Shown: positions 1 to 9,016, counted from the first letter of the stretch. The stretch is DNA of 24,000 nt from Syntrophobacterales bacterium (GCA_026417655.1 JAOACS010000010.1:45745-69744); one strand, 5' to 3'. Notes: a model not told the origin generated them from the sequence alone. Program-made: numbers and translations.

Positions 1-579
1 AAGCCTGAAAGTTTTTACAAACAGGACGATGCCTGGAGGTTTGCAAGGGTATTTCAAAACGGTGCTGAAAAGATCATACGTCCCTATTACCTCACTCTGA
101 ATATTTTCAATCCCGATAAGGCTGAATTTCTTCTCATTCAGCCCTTTAGTCCTCGAGGCCTTGATCTTTTAAGAGCCATAGCAACTGTTTCTTCGGATGG
201 TGACCGTTATGGGAAGATTACCGTTTTAGCCTTCCCTAAAGAGACTCAAGTATATGGTCCCTCTCAGGTTAATGCCATTATTGATCAGGACACAAGTATC
301 TCCCAACAATTTACTCTTTGGAATCAAATCGGCTCAGCGGTGGAACGGGGAAACATTATTATACTTCCCTACGCAGGGTCAGTGTTATACATCCAGCCTG
401 TATATCTTAAAGCTACAGGAGGCGTCACCATCCCAGAATTAAAGCGCCTTATTATAGCCTACGAAGATATGGTGGTCATGGAACCATCTCTTGAAGCCTC
501 TCTAGAACAGCTTATAAAGCGCATAGAAATTAGAGAAAAGCTTTATAAAGAAAGACTTAAGCGCTTTTCTGGAGAATAA
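1..579 (+). CDS. UPF0182 family membrane protein (COG1615-like), C-terminal fragment cut by the window edge
   Basis: Frame 1 is open from base 1 (KPESFYKQDDAWRFARVFQNGAEKIIRPYYLTLNIFNPDKAEFLLIQPFSPRG...VYGPSQVNAIIDQDTSISQQFTLWNQIGSAVERGNIIILPYAGSVLYIQPVYLKA), resembling the conserved C-terminal region of UPF0182 proteins. The ORF called at 340 is only its tail. Confidence 0.88.
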   Translation, partial: KPESFYKQDDAWRFARVFQNGAEKIIRPYYLTLNIFNPDKAEFLLIQPFSPRGLDLLRAIATVSSDGDRYGKITVLAFPKETQVYGPSQVNAIIDQDTSISQQFTLWNQIGSAVERGNIIILPYAGSVLYIQPVYLKATGGVTIPELKRLIIAYEDMVVMEPSLEASLEQLIKRIEIREKLYKERLKRFSGE

Positions 580-590
580 CCAGAATGATC

Positions 591-1013
591 TCACAAGGTA
601 CTAGGCTCCCCATCTTTCTCATCCCTTTTTCGAGGAGGCGCTACCCTATCGAGAACCTTTTCGTAATAATATTGACCCTCTTCGAGAAGGGGCGAAACCC
701 TTTTCATCATATTGAGCTTGAGAATAAGATAGTTAAGCTTTTTTATTTGACGGTATTTTTCCTGAGTATCTTTGATACCAGAAAGAAGCTCCTCTGTGGT
801 TTTAATCTCTTTTTTAATTTCCATTTCAAGAGGAAGGCAGCCAGCATTTTTAAGAATCTTGTGGGCGATACGAAGTTCTGGTGGAATGTGGCTATCATCA
901 TCAATCTCTATGGGTTTTCCCTTGCAGGAAAGGTTATCGAACTCCCCCCTTTCCATGGCTTCCTTGATTCGTTCCTCAGCAATTTTCTGAAAAATAGTGA
1001 AAAAATTACTCAT
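591..1013 (-). CDS. DUF1992 (DnaJ homologue subfamily C member 28-like conserved domain) protein
   Basis: Motif ERIKEAMERGEFDNLSCKGKPIEIDDDSHIPPELRIAHKILKNAGCLP. Start revised to the ATG at 1013 (MSNFFTIFQKIAEERI), preceded by AAGGGG; the listed ORF starts at an upstream GTG (1067). Confidence 0.85.
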   Translation of the reverse strand: MSNFFTIFQKIAEERIKEAMERGEFDNLSCKGKPIEIDDDSHIPPELRIAHKILKNAGCLPLEMEIKKEIKTTEELLSGIKDTQEKYRQIKKLNYLILKLNMMKRVSPLLEEGQYYYEKVLDRVAPPRKRDEKDGEPSTL

Positions 1014-1072
1014 AGTATGACCCCTTGTGTATTCGTAAACCTTCATCCTAAATTTACGGAGGAACACTCTTA

Positions 1073-1798
1073 ATGGCTATCATAAAGACATTTTTCACTC
1101 AACCCCAATCTCCAGTATCAAACATTTTTATTATCGGAGCAGGAGCCTTCGGCCGTAAGGCTTTGGAAAGGCTTTCTAAAAAGTATCCCGAATCGGTTAT
1201 AACTGTGGTAGATAACTCAAAAGAGACTCTTGATTTACTTTTCGATAATATAACTTCTCATTTCAGAATTAAAACTCTTCATGGAGATGGCATAGAAATT
1301 CTTACCTGGCATGATGCTGACCCCGATCTATGGATTATCCCAGCCATTCCGATTCATGTAGCTAGAGAATGGCTTAATAGGAAGCTTTCTTATAAGGGTA
1401 TAATCATTGAATCCACCCCACTGCCCAAAGAAATGTTGGAAAAGCTTCCCAATCCCTTTAGGATTAGTGGACGTGAGGATATTGTTTTCGTAAGCATCGC
1501 CGATTTTATTTGCCCTGACAATTGCCCAGAACCTTTAGAAAAATGCACTCACACGGGTAAACCAAGACCAGGAAACCTCTTTGATATGATAGCCAGCGCA
1601 GTCCCCAATCCCTGGTCAGCCCTTGTCTTTAGAAGTTTTCAGCTAGCACCTGGTGTGGGGGGTTACCCCCTAAGTTACCTTGTGGAAGGCATGAAAACCA
1701 TGGAGGAGCTGTATTCATCGAAGGAAGCAAAAAATGGTGTTATCATCGCTACAGCCTGTAGGTGTCATGGAGTAATAAACGCTATCAAGCTACGTTAG
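1073..1798 (+). CDS. NAD(P)-binding Rossmann / TrkA-N-like domain protein of unknown function
   Basis: N-terminal GxGxxG-like motif (IFIIGAGAFGRKALERLSKKYPESVITVVDNS); SD GGAGGAA upstream of the ATG; 241 aa. Confidence 0.65.
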   Translation: MAIIKTFFTQPQSPVSNIFIIGAGAFGRKALERLSKKYPESVITVVDNSKETLDLLFDNITSHFRIKTLHGDGIEILTWHDADPDLWIIPAIPIHVAREWLNRKLSYKGIIIESTPLPKEMLEKLPNPFRISGREDIVFVSIADFICPDNCPEPLEKCTHTGKPRPGNLFDMIASAVPNPWSALVFRSFQLAPGVGGYPLSYLVEGMKTMEELYSSKEAKNGVIIATACRCHGVINAIKLR

Positions 1799-2822
1799 CC
1801 ATGGAACCTAATTTGGAAATGAGATCCTCAAGAGAACAGGCCCTTTTTTCTACTTTTCCATCCCAAATCATGCGCCACACCGTGCCAGACCCATTTTCAT
1901 TTGAGATCTTTATCTTAAGCGGGGTAACCTCATCGGAAACAATAACATATCCAGCTCTAGTTAGGGCACGACATGTCCAGGCAGTAACCACATCGTCTAA
2001 GGAGGAAGAACTTTCCAGAACGACCCTACCCCGTTCAGGGCTTTCAAACACGAATGTCCCCAACCGTTTGTCGAAGACCACATTAGAGCCATCAAAAGCA
2101 GCGGAAAAGGCCCCATTTAACACTAAATCTTCAGGGATACCCGCTATGATGGAACCACCCTTAGGTAGAATCCACAGACGATCGGCACTCCTTAGGGCTA
2201 GATCAAGATCATGGGTGGAGAGAAGAACTGCAATATTAGACTCATTTGCAAGTTTTCTCAAAAGAAGCATTAGTTCAACCCGCCTTGGAAGATCTAAAAA
2301 AGCCGTTGCTTCATCTAGGATCATGATTTTAGGCTCCTGAGCAAGGGCCCTGGCTATCATTACCTTCTGTCGCTCTCCATCGCTTAATTCACTCAAGAGC
2401 CGATTAGCAAGATCTTCTATGCCCACAGCCCTTATAGCTCTCCAGACGATCTCTTCATCCTGAGAGGAAAGACTTCCCGTCCAGTTCGTATAGGGATAAC
2501 GACCTAATGCTACAACAGAAAATACAGGTATAAACCCTATAGAGGGACGGTCGGTAAGAACTATGCTTAAATGCTTTGCTATATCTCTAGGGGAAAAATT
2601 GTAGATGGAAGTGCCATTTATCATAACATCGCCGGAGATGGGTTTCTGGAGTCCAGCAAGAGTTCGAAGGAGGGTGGATTTTCCCGCCCCATTAGGACCA
2701 AGTAGGCAAACAAATTCGCCAGATTTCAAATTGACATTTATCCCCTCTGCCACCACAAATCTCGACCGATTGCGCTTTTTATAGCCAATTGTTAAATTTA
2801 AGGTTCTCAACAACTTAGACAT
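1785..2822 (-). CDS. FecE/BtuD-type ABC transporter ATP-binding protein with a ~90 aa C-terminal extension
   Basis: Walker A GPNGAGKST, signature LSDGERQKVMIARALAQEP, Walker B KIMILDEAT, H-loop LLSTHDLDLA. Follows the permease and binding-protein genes on the minus strand. Confidence 0.9.
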   Translation of the reverse strand: MSKLLRTLNLTIGYKKRNRSRFVVAEGINVNLKSGEFVCLLGPNGAGKSTLLRTLAGLQKPISGDVMINGTSIYNFSPRDIAKHLSIVLTDRPSIGFIPVFSVVALGRYPYTNWTGSLSSQDEEIVWRAIRAVGIEDLANRLLSELSDGERQKVMIARALAQEPKIMILDEATAFLDLPRRVELMLLLRKLANESNIAVLLSTHDLDLALRSADRLWILPKGGSIIAGIPEDLVLNGAFSAAFDGSNVVFDKRLGTFVFESPERGRVVLESSSSLDDVVTAWTCRALTRAGYVIVSDEVTPLKIKISNENGSGTVWRMIWDGKVEKRACSLEDLISKLGSMANVA

Positions 2823-2823
2823 A

Positions 2824-3936
2824 TTATACCTCCAGCCCTTGTCTCCGTTTTAGGATAACCCAAATTACCACCGGTGCACCAATTATAGAAGTGACGGCAT
2901 TAAGGGGTAACACTATTTTACTTCCTGGGACTTGGGAGATAAGATCAGCGGTCATAGCTAATATCGCACCCATAAGAATAACGGCTGGCACTAGTATCCT
3001 ATGATCCGACGTTCTAAAGATCAGACGGCATAGATGAGGGACAGCAATCCCTATGAATGCAACAGGTCCACAGAAAGCTGTAACTCCTCCGGCTAAAAGC
3101 GAACTCCCTGAAATCAAAAGTATCCTAGTCCGTTGCACATTCACTCCCATACTTCGAGCATAGCCCTCACCCAGAAGGAGGGCATTTAAGGGTTTCATCA
3201 TAACAACCGCCAGAAAAAGCCCCATGGTAACCGTTGGGACAAATACTTTAAGTTGGACCCATGTGACCCCACCAAAAGATCCAAATGTCCAGGTTATAAA
3301 CCTTTGCATTTGATGTTCTGCGGCAAATTGAAGAAGGACTTCCACGAAGGCATTACTAATGTAACCTATCATGAGACCAATGATTAGGAGAGTCACACTG
3401 TGCTGGACTTTCCGAGAAAAGGCTATCACTACGGAAAATGCGATCCCCGCTCCTATGATTGAAGCAACTACTATGCTTATATTGCCTAGAAGAGCGGTCT
3501 TTGAAAAAACAGCAGGAAGCCCTAGATTCCACGCAGAAAGCACAAGAATGGCTACTCCTAGGCTAGCTCCAGAGCTTATCCCAAGGACATAAGGACCGGC
3601 GAGGGGATTTCTGAAAAGAGTTTGCATCTTAAGCCCAGCAATACCAAGACCAGCACCGGCAAAGGCTGCAGTTATTGTTCTAGGAAGCCTAAAGACCGTG
3701 ATAATCTCCCGCCATCTTTCATCCGCTCGAGCTGGATCTAAGAGGCTTTTAACTATATCTCCTACTGGCACCATTACTGATCCAAGGCAGAGCTCGAGCA
3801 AAAAAAGAATAGCAACTACCACTAACAGGAAAAACCAGCGAAGGGCCGAAGAGAAAGAACCTCTTTCAGATTCTACTGTAACATCATATACACCCTTCGA
3901 TATCAAAGTCTTAAACTTTTCGGCCTCGACTGTCAC
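2824..3936 (-). CDS. FecCD/BtuC-family ABC transporter permease
   Basis: RLPRTITAAFAGAGLGIAGLKMQTLFRNPLAGPYVLGISSGASLGVA and GPVAFIGIAVPHLCRLIFRTSDHRILVPAVILMGA are typical of the family. GTG start. Confidence 0.93.
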   Translation of the reverse strand: MTVEAEKFKTLISKGVYDVTVESERGSFSSALRWFFLLVVVAILFLLELCLGSVMVPVGDIVKSLLDPARADERWREIITVFRLPRTITAAFAGAGLGIAGLKMQTLFRNPLAGPYVLGISSGASLGVAILVLSAWNLGLPAVFSKTALLGNISIVVASIIGAGIAFSVVIAFSRKVQHSVTLLIIGLMIGYISNAFVEVLLQFAAEHQMQRFITWTFGSFGGVTWVQLKVFVPTVTMGLFLAVVMMKPLNALLLGEGYARSMGVNVQRTRILLISGSSLLAGGVTAFCGPVAFIGIAVPHLCRLIFRTSDHRILVPAVILMGAILAMTADLISQVPGSKIVLPLNAVTSIIGAPVVIWVILKRRQGLEV

Positions 3937-3937
3937 T

Positions 3938-5089
3938 TTATCTCTCCCTAGATTTAGGTAATTGGCGATACCAGATTAGTTTATGATCTGGTAGAATCTC
4001 CGGATGAAGGATCCTTATAAAATCAGAAATCACAAGATCAGGTCGCGCAACACCCGTTTCCCAAAAATCGTTACCTCCAGCATCATTTACTTTAGCATCG
4101 TTGTTATACACTTTTCCCTCTCGAAAAGCCTTAAAAAGGGAAAACCTTTCGTCCACCCCCTTCAGCTCCTCTAAGGACTTAACAGGCATTATTACACCAA
4201 TCCAGAAGTCAGCATCCCTGGCTCTTTCAACAACTGCTTCCGTGGAAATTGTCATGACACCAGTGGATTTATCATCATCCCAAAGGTATTTTCCCCCCGC
4301 ATCCTGAATAAATTTTGCAAGATAACCTCCACCTCCGGGCATATGCCAGGTGCCTTTAATGGGGACGTTGCAAAAAACGGTGGGTCTATATGTGACATTC
4401 TTTGTCTTTTCCGAAAGGGTCTCATAACGGGATACTATATCGTTAAAAACCCTCTCAGCCTCACTTTCCTTATTAAAAAAGGCAGCCAGAAACTTAATCC
4501 ACTCGGCCCTACCTAAAGGATGATTTTCCATGTGAGGTGCGACAATTATAGGTTTAAATCCCCCTTCAATAAGTTTCGGATGCTGGTCTGTTGCGGGATT
4601 TCCAGTCCCATAAAGGATTACAATGTCAGGTTTAAGGGCCACGAGACGCTCCTCATCAAACCTTAGTCCCATTCCTCGTCCTCTTCCCACCTTTATAATA
4701 CGACCTTCACGTATTAGTGATATAATTTGGGGGGAGTGGGTCCACTCTGGCTCACCTAGCCCAATAATGGAACTCTCAACCCCTAACATAGGGAAAAAGG
4801 CAGTAAAAGTTGTAGAAAGAATCGCAACCCGTTCTATTGGTATCGGAATTACAATAGATCCCGATGGAATATCCTTAGGAAAAGGCTTTCCCTTTGGAAC
4901 AAGAATATACTCAAAACCTTTCCTTGCCCCACGCCATGGATTTCTAACTTCTAGCTTCTTATAGTCACCGTAATAGGAAATTTTAAAACACTGGGAAAAC
5001 CTTACATTCGGCGGATCGGCTGGATAGACAAAGGGTGGTAGAAATGCTATGCAGATTAAAAGTAACAGGCTTAAAAGCTTAGGTTTCAT
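3938..5089 (-). CDS. Periplasmic substrate-binding protein of a BtuF/FecB-type ABC transporter (probable cobalamin/corrinoid uptake)
   Basis: Signal peptide MKPKLLSLLLLICIAFLPPFVYPA; helical-backbone-type binding protein (LVALKPDIVILYG, AEWIKFLAAFF). Start revised from the GTG at 5119, which abuts the terminator U-tract, to the ATG at 5089 preceded by GGAGAGG. Sits downstream of a cobalamin riboswitch. Confidence 0.85.
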   Translation of the reverse strand: MKPKLLSLLLLICIAFLPPFVYPADPPNVRFSQCFKISYYGDYKKLEVRNPWRGARKGFEYILVPKGKPFPKDIPSGSIVIPIPIERVAILSTTFTAFFPMLGVESSIIGLGEPEWTHSPQIISLIREGRIIKVGRGRGMGLRFDEERLVALKPDIVILYGTGNPATDQHPKLIEGGFKPIIVAPHMENHPLGRAEWIKFLAAFFNKESEAERVFNDIVSRYETLSEKTKNVTYRPTVFCNVPIKGTWHMPGGGGYLAKFIQDAGGKYLWDDDKSTGVMTISTEAVVERARDADFWIGVIMPVKSLEELKGVDERFSLFKAFREGKVYNNDAKVNDAGGNDFWETGVARPDLVISDFIRILHPEILPDHKLIWYRQLPKSRER

Positions 5090-5119
5090 GTAGATTATAT
5101 CCTCTCCAGGTTTATACAC

Positions 5120-5155
5120 AAAAAAAGACCTCAGAACTTTTCGTATCCTGAGGCC
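5120..5155 (-). terminator. Rho-independent terminator between the cobalamin riboswitch and its ABC operon (expression platform)
   Basis: Minus strand reads GGCCTCAGGATACGAAAAGTTCTGAGGTCTTTTTTT: CCTCAG/CTGAGG stem (5148-5153 with 5129-5134) followed by a 7-U tract (5120-5126). Confidence 0.75.
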
Positions 5156-5220
5156 TGCACCCAGCTTCTTCGCCCTCCCTATGTCCCATCGGTTATCCTG
5201 TCGCCCAATGGAACATTCTC

Positions 5221-5382
5221 CTGTCAGGCAGGTCTTCTGACTTACGGATCGTCCTACTCTCCAAACCTTCCCGTCCTACTTAGGCAGGACAGTGGTTTTT
5301 TTGGATTTCGTCCCCGTTTACAGCGGCGGGACCGTTCCCGACTTTCACGGGATTCCCTTTTAAGCCTTTCGGCACCTGACAG
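5221..5382 (-). promoter_or_regulatory. Cobalamin (B12) riboswitch
   Basis: Minus strand: CTGTCAGGTGCC...GAAAGGCTTAAAAGGGAATCCCGTGAAAGTCGGGAACGGTCCCGCCGCTGTAAACGGGGACGAAATCC...AGTCAGAAGACCTGCCTGACAG. Contains the B12-box-like GCCGCTGTAAACGGGGA and the AGTCAGAAGACCTGCC 3' element, with P1 closing (CTGTCAGG/CCTGACAG). Confidence 0.96.
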
Positions 5383-5388
5383 AACCAA

Positions 5389-5417
5389 TCCTTAAAACAA
5401 TGCTCCTTTGTTGTCAA
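5389..5417 (-). promoter_or_regulatory. Putative sigma70-type promoter driving the riboswitch-controlled operon
   Basis: Minus strand TTGACA (5412-5417), exact 17-nt spacer (5395-5411), TAAGGA (5389-5394; weak -10), placing the expected start right at the riboswitch 5' end. Confidence 0.5.
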
Positions 5418-5419
5418 TA

Positions 5420-5956
5420 TTACCAACAACAGTAATGCCATCGCCACCAGTAATGGGTGTGGAAACAAACAACATCGCTGCATGCTTCATACCAGGGCGA
5501 AACCAATCGTGCCTCTTCCCATAGATGAATCTTTTCAGCCTTTACCAAGGGAACCGTATGCCTGACTTCCCCTATGGCTATTACCTCAACCCCTTGAATA
5601 CGCCCAGCAACCGTAACAAGGCGGCTTTCCCGGTAAATAGCTGGATCAAGAAAACCAGGATACACCACAGCAAATCGCCCCTCAGAATTATCACCCTCTT
5701 TGGGTTTAGCATCGTAGCCTAGGGGAAACTGTAAGATTTCGAAGTAGGTACCCTCCTGCCTGTTAGTTACCTTCACTATTTTACCTCCCCAGATGACCAT
5801 CTCTCCCTTATAACGGGCCGGATTAGCTTTAGCCTGCAAAAGTGTGATGGGTTCCTTGATCTGAGAGGCATACTGACCAAACATAGATGGAGCACAGGAG
5901 TAGGCTGTTAAAATAAGGAGGAAACCTAAAAGTATTGACACCAACTTCCGCTTCAT
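5420..5956 (-). CDS. Slp-family outer membrane lipoprotein
   Basis: Lipobox-like LLILTAYSCA; ARYKGEMVIWGGKIVKVTNRQEGTYFEILQFPL..., EGRFAVVYPGFLDPAIYRESRLVTVAGRIQG match the Slp pattern. ATG at 5956 preceded by AGGAGGTGATTGGTA (strong SD); the listed start is a TTG two codons upstream. Confidence 0.85.
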   Translation of the reverse strand: MKRKLVSILLGFLLILTAYSCAPSMFGQYASQIKEPITLLQAKANPARYKGEMVIWGGKIVKVTNRQEGTYFEILQFPLGYDAKPKEGDNSEGRFAVVYPGFLDPAIYRESRLVTVAGRIQGVEVIAIGEVRHTVPLVKAEKIHLWEEARLVSPWYEACSDVVCFHTHYWWRWHYCCW

Positions 5957-6010
5957 TACCAATCACCTCCTTTAATAAAAAGGGGTAGAGAAATTAAACT
6001 TCTAAAAATT

Positions 6011-7300
6011 TTAATCTCTACCCTCCGGTTCTTCAAGGTAGAGTTCACCTGCATCGTAATCGTAGGCGAAAAGTTCTGCGTAACGTCCCCAATCTATAGC
6101 CGTCTCAAGCTGATTCCAGGCTTCTTCTGGAGTAAAATGGTTCTTCAGGATATCCATGAAAAAATCCTCCGAAACCCTATGTTTCGACATAGTTGCAAGA
6201 ACCTGTACAATTTGTTTTATAAGTTGAATGTTTTCCAGGGCAGCATCTCTAAAAATCTCCTTCTTCTCAAGCGCTCCTGCTTCAGCCCAGAGCTTCCCCT
6301 TATCAGTCAAAATAAAATCTCCTTCCCTAATCTCTCCAAAATTTAAGAAGACGGCGGCTTCAATTAATGGAAAAATATCGTCAACCTCCATCGAGAGCTC
6401 TGAACTTAGAGCGTATACGTCAACCCTTCCTCCTTTGTCGTGAACGAGTTCCACAAGACCTGCAATAGCTCCAACTTTGGCGTGAGGAATAAACTGATAC
6501 CTACCCGCTTCGAGCAAAAATGGAACTTCCTCTGCAGGCTTGGTAATAACGGTGTAAATTTTGTCTAGAATAAATTTGAAATCCCGTGATGTGCGATCCC
6601 TTGGATAAGGAAGTTGGATGGAAATTTCCGCCCTTATACGTCCAGGATTATGACTTAACACAACAGCCCTAGATGCCATACTTACAGCCTCTTCTATGTT
6701 ATGTGTAACTAGAACTATCGCCTTAGCAGGAAGCTTACCATCACGCCAAAGATCTATAAGATCGTTTCTAAGGTTATCGGCAGTAAGCACATCAAGGGCA
6801 GAAAAGGGCTCATCCATAAGAAGAACTTCCGGTTCTACAACAAGTGCTCTTGCAATACCCACACGCTGGCGCATCCCGCCGCTTAATTCCCTCGGGTAAG
6901 CATCTTCAAAACCATCGAGCCCCACAAGGTCTATTGCCTGCAGCGCCCTCTTATGGATTTCATCTTTAGAAAGACCGCTTTTTACGAGCCCAACCTTTAC
7001 ATTCTCTAACACTGTAAACCACGGAAACAGCGCAAAACTTTGAAAGACAACGGCAATTTTTGCATCCGCCTCCTTAAGGGGCTTTCCTCTGTAGAGTACC
7101 TCCCCCTCCGTAGGCTCCACAAGCCTTGCTAGTATCCGAAGAAGTGTCGATTTACCAGCTCCCGACTGACCAAGAATTGCGACAAAGCTTCCAGAATAAA
7201 CCTTAAAGTTAATGTCTTCTAGAACGACAATTTCTCGACCCCTTCCGACAAAAAAAGACTTTTTAAGATGCCGGGTTTCTAAAATAGTTTCCCTTTCCAT
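6011..7300 (-). CDS. NitT/TauT-type ABC transporter ATP-binding protein with a C-terminal AAA-associated domain
   Basis: Walker A GQSGAGKST, signature LSGGMRQRVGIARALVVEPEVLLMDEPFSALD, then ~170 aa C-terminal domain (EVPFLLEAGRYQFIPHAKVGAIAGLVELVHDKGGRVDVYALSSELSMEVDDIFPLIEAA). Confidence 0.9.
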   Translation of the reverse strand: MERETILETRHLKKSFFVGRGREIVVLEDINFKVYSGSFVAILGQSGAGKSTLLRILARLVEPTEGEVLYRGKPLKEADAKIAVVFQSFALFPWFTVLENVKVGLVKSGLSKDEIHKRALQAIDLVGLDGFEDAYPRELSGGMRQRVGIARALVVEPEVLLMDEPFSALDVLTADNLRNDLIDLWRDGKLPAKAIVLVTHNIEEAVSMASRAVVLSHNPGRIRAEISIQLPYPRDRTSRDFKFILDKIYTVITKPAEEVPFLLEAGRYQFIPHAKVGAIAGLVELVHDKGGRVDVYALSSELSMEVDDIFPLIEAAVFLNFGEIREGDFILTDKGKLWAEAGALEKKEIFRDAALENIQLIKQIVQVLATMSKHRVSEDFFMDILKNHFTPEEAWNQLETAIDWGRYAELFAYDYDAGELYLEEPEGRD

Positions 7301-7303
7301 CAA

Positions 7304-9016
7304 TTACTCCAACACATATTTAGTCTTCGCAATGTAGAAAAGCCGCTTCCAAACTAACCTGTTTATTCCAACAACAATTGCAGCCATAACACAGGTGGAA
7401 ACAAAAAGAAGCCCGAAATCACCCGATGCACTCGAGTGACTAATAAGAGCACCAAGTCCCTGAGTCTTAAGAATTTCCCCACCAAAGGATACATATTCAC
7501 TTACAATTGTCGCATTCCATGCCCCTCCCGAAGCCGTAATAAGGCCTGTAACAAGATACGGAAAAATGCTGGGAAGAATGAGCACTCTCCACTTTCTCCA
7601 ACCGGTAATATTATAGGCCTTTGAGATTTCGATAAGATCCTTGGGAATGGCGTAGGCGCCAGCAATGATGTTAAATAGAAGATACCACTGGGTCCCGAGC
7701 AACATAAGGAAAATAGCACCAATGTCTAGACCTCCACCGAGTTTTATAAGAAAGAGGATAATTACAGGGAAGACGGCCGTTGCTGGAATGCTTGCAGCTA
7801 TTTGCACCATTCCCTGAAGAATATTCGCAGCTCGAGGGTTCATTCCTATATAAACACCTACGGGAAGAGTCCACAATAGGGCAATTAAGATAGCAACAGA
7901 GGTTCTAAGGAAAGAATAACAGGCCGATTTAAAAACAAGGATGAGATCTCCAAGGCTAACCGACGAAACTAAGCCCTTAACCTTTATAAGTGCCCAAAAA
8001 AATAAAAAACCTAGGGCTATGAGTTCAATAGCTCCCGTTAGTTTACCAATATATTTGAAGACGCCTCCAAGACGCGGCGATGGTATACGATAGGTCGATT
8101 TTTCAATCCATTCAACGACATCACCAAACCAATCCCCAAGCTTTCTAAGAACCACAGAACCTGTGATTAGATCAAATACAATAGATTCTCTCTCGTCTTC
8201 TGGTGGCACCGTATCCATTCTGAAACGTTGTGACCAGACTATAAGGGGTCGCCATAGCAATATGTCGAGAACTATTATGAGAAACACCATGGCTCCCAGT
8301 CCATAGAGAATACAAGAGATATTACCTTCCGATGCAGCTGTTTGGATATAGGAACCAATGCCTGGAAGTCGAAAATCTCTGTCCTCTAAAACAAACATCT
8401 CACAGGCCATGAGAAAAAACCATCCACCGGACACAGACATCATACTGTTCCAAACAAGACCTATAGCACTAAATGGAAGATCAAGCCTGATAAAACGAGA
8501 AAAACGATTAAAACCTAAAACACTTGAAGCCTCTCTGAGCTCCCTTGGAATCGTGTTTATAGAGTGATAATAGCTAAAAGTCATATTCCAGACCTGACCT
8601 GTAAAAATTAGTAGAATGCAAGCGATTTCAATACCAATTCTTTGACCTGGAAAAAGGTTTATCATAGCTAAAACCACAGCTGGAAGAAAGGATAGAACAG
8701 GAATAGATTGGAGGATATCCAAAAGAGGTATCATTATTCGTTCGTGCATTCTACTTCTTGAGGCTGTGTAACCATACCAGATTGAAAAAACTAAAGAAAG
8801 AAGGTAGGCTAAAGCCATTCTCATCAAAGACTGGGCAGCATAGGATGGGATATTCCGTGGATCTAGATCGATCTGAAGGGCTCTCTCTACAGGATAGCTC
8901 CACTCAGAGGCCACATAAATCACAAACTCAAGTAACCCGCATAAAAAAATAAAAACCACTACATCTACAAACCTAATTCTAAAGGTCTCAAGCGGTATAG
9001 AAACAGGAATTTTCAA
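7304..9016 (-). CDS. Double-length (tandem BPD_transp_1) ABC transporter permease
   Basis: 570 aa with two SsuC/TauC-like halves; EAA-like segments REASSVLGFNRFSRFIRLDLPFSAIGLVWN and IEISKAYNITGWRKWRVLILPSIFPYLVTGLITASGGAWNATIVSEY. TTG start, adjacent to the ATPase gene. Confidence 0.88.
   Translation of the reverse strand: MKIPVSIPLETFRIRFVDVVVFIFLCGLLEFVIYVASEWSYPVERALQIDLDPRNIPSYAAQSLMRMALAYLLSLVFSIWYGYTASRSRMHERIMIPLLDILQSIPVLSFLPAVVLAMINLFPGQRIGIEIACILLIFTGQVWNMTFSYYHSINTIPRELREASSVLGFNRFSRFIRLDLPFSAIGLVWNSMMSVSGGWFFLMACEMFVLEDRDFRLPGIGSYIQTAASEGNISCILYGLGAMVFLIIVLDILLWRPLIVWSQRFRMDTVPPEDERESIVFDLITGSVVLRKLGDWFGDVVEWIEKSTYRIPSPRLGGVFKYIGKLTGAIELIALGFLFFWALIKVKGLVSSVSLGDLILVFKSACYSFLRTSVAILIALLWTLPVGVYIGMNPRAANILQGMVQIAASIPATAVFPVIILFLIKLGGGLDIGAIFLMLLGTQWYLLFNIIAGAYAIPKDLIEISKAYNITGWRKWRVLILPSIFPYLVTGLITASGGAWNATIVSEYVSFGGEILKTQGLGALISHSSASGDFGLLFVSTCVMAAIVVGINRLVWKRLFYIAKTKYVLE

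Noticed and set aside
585-1073. 162 aa plus-strand ORF
   Set aside because: Antisense shadow of the DUF1992 gene; the minus-strand product has family motifs and this one does not.
1762-2340. 192 aa plus-strand ORF
   Set aside because: Antisense to the well-supported ABC ATPase gene; Ser/Arg-rich low-complexity shadow ORF with no recognisable motif or RBS.
5280-5483. 67 aa minus-strand ORF (MQRCCLFPHPLLVAMALL...)
   Set aside because: It overlaps the conserved cobalamin aptamer and the 3' end of slp; VKVGNGPAAVNGD is a translation of the riboswitch core, so it is not a real gene.
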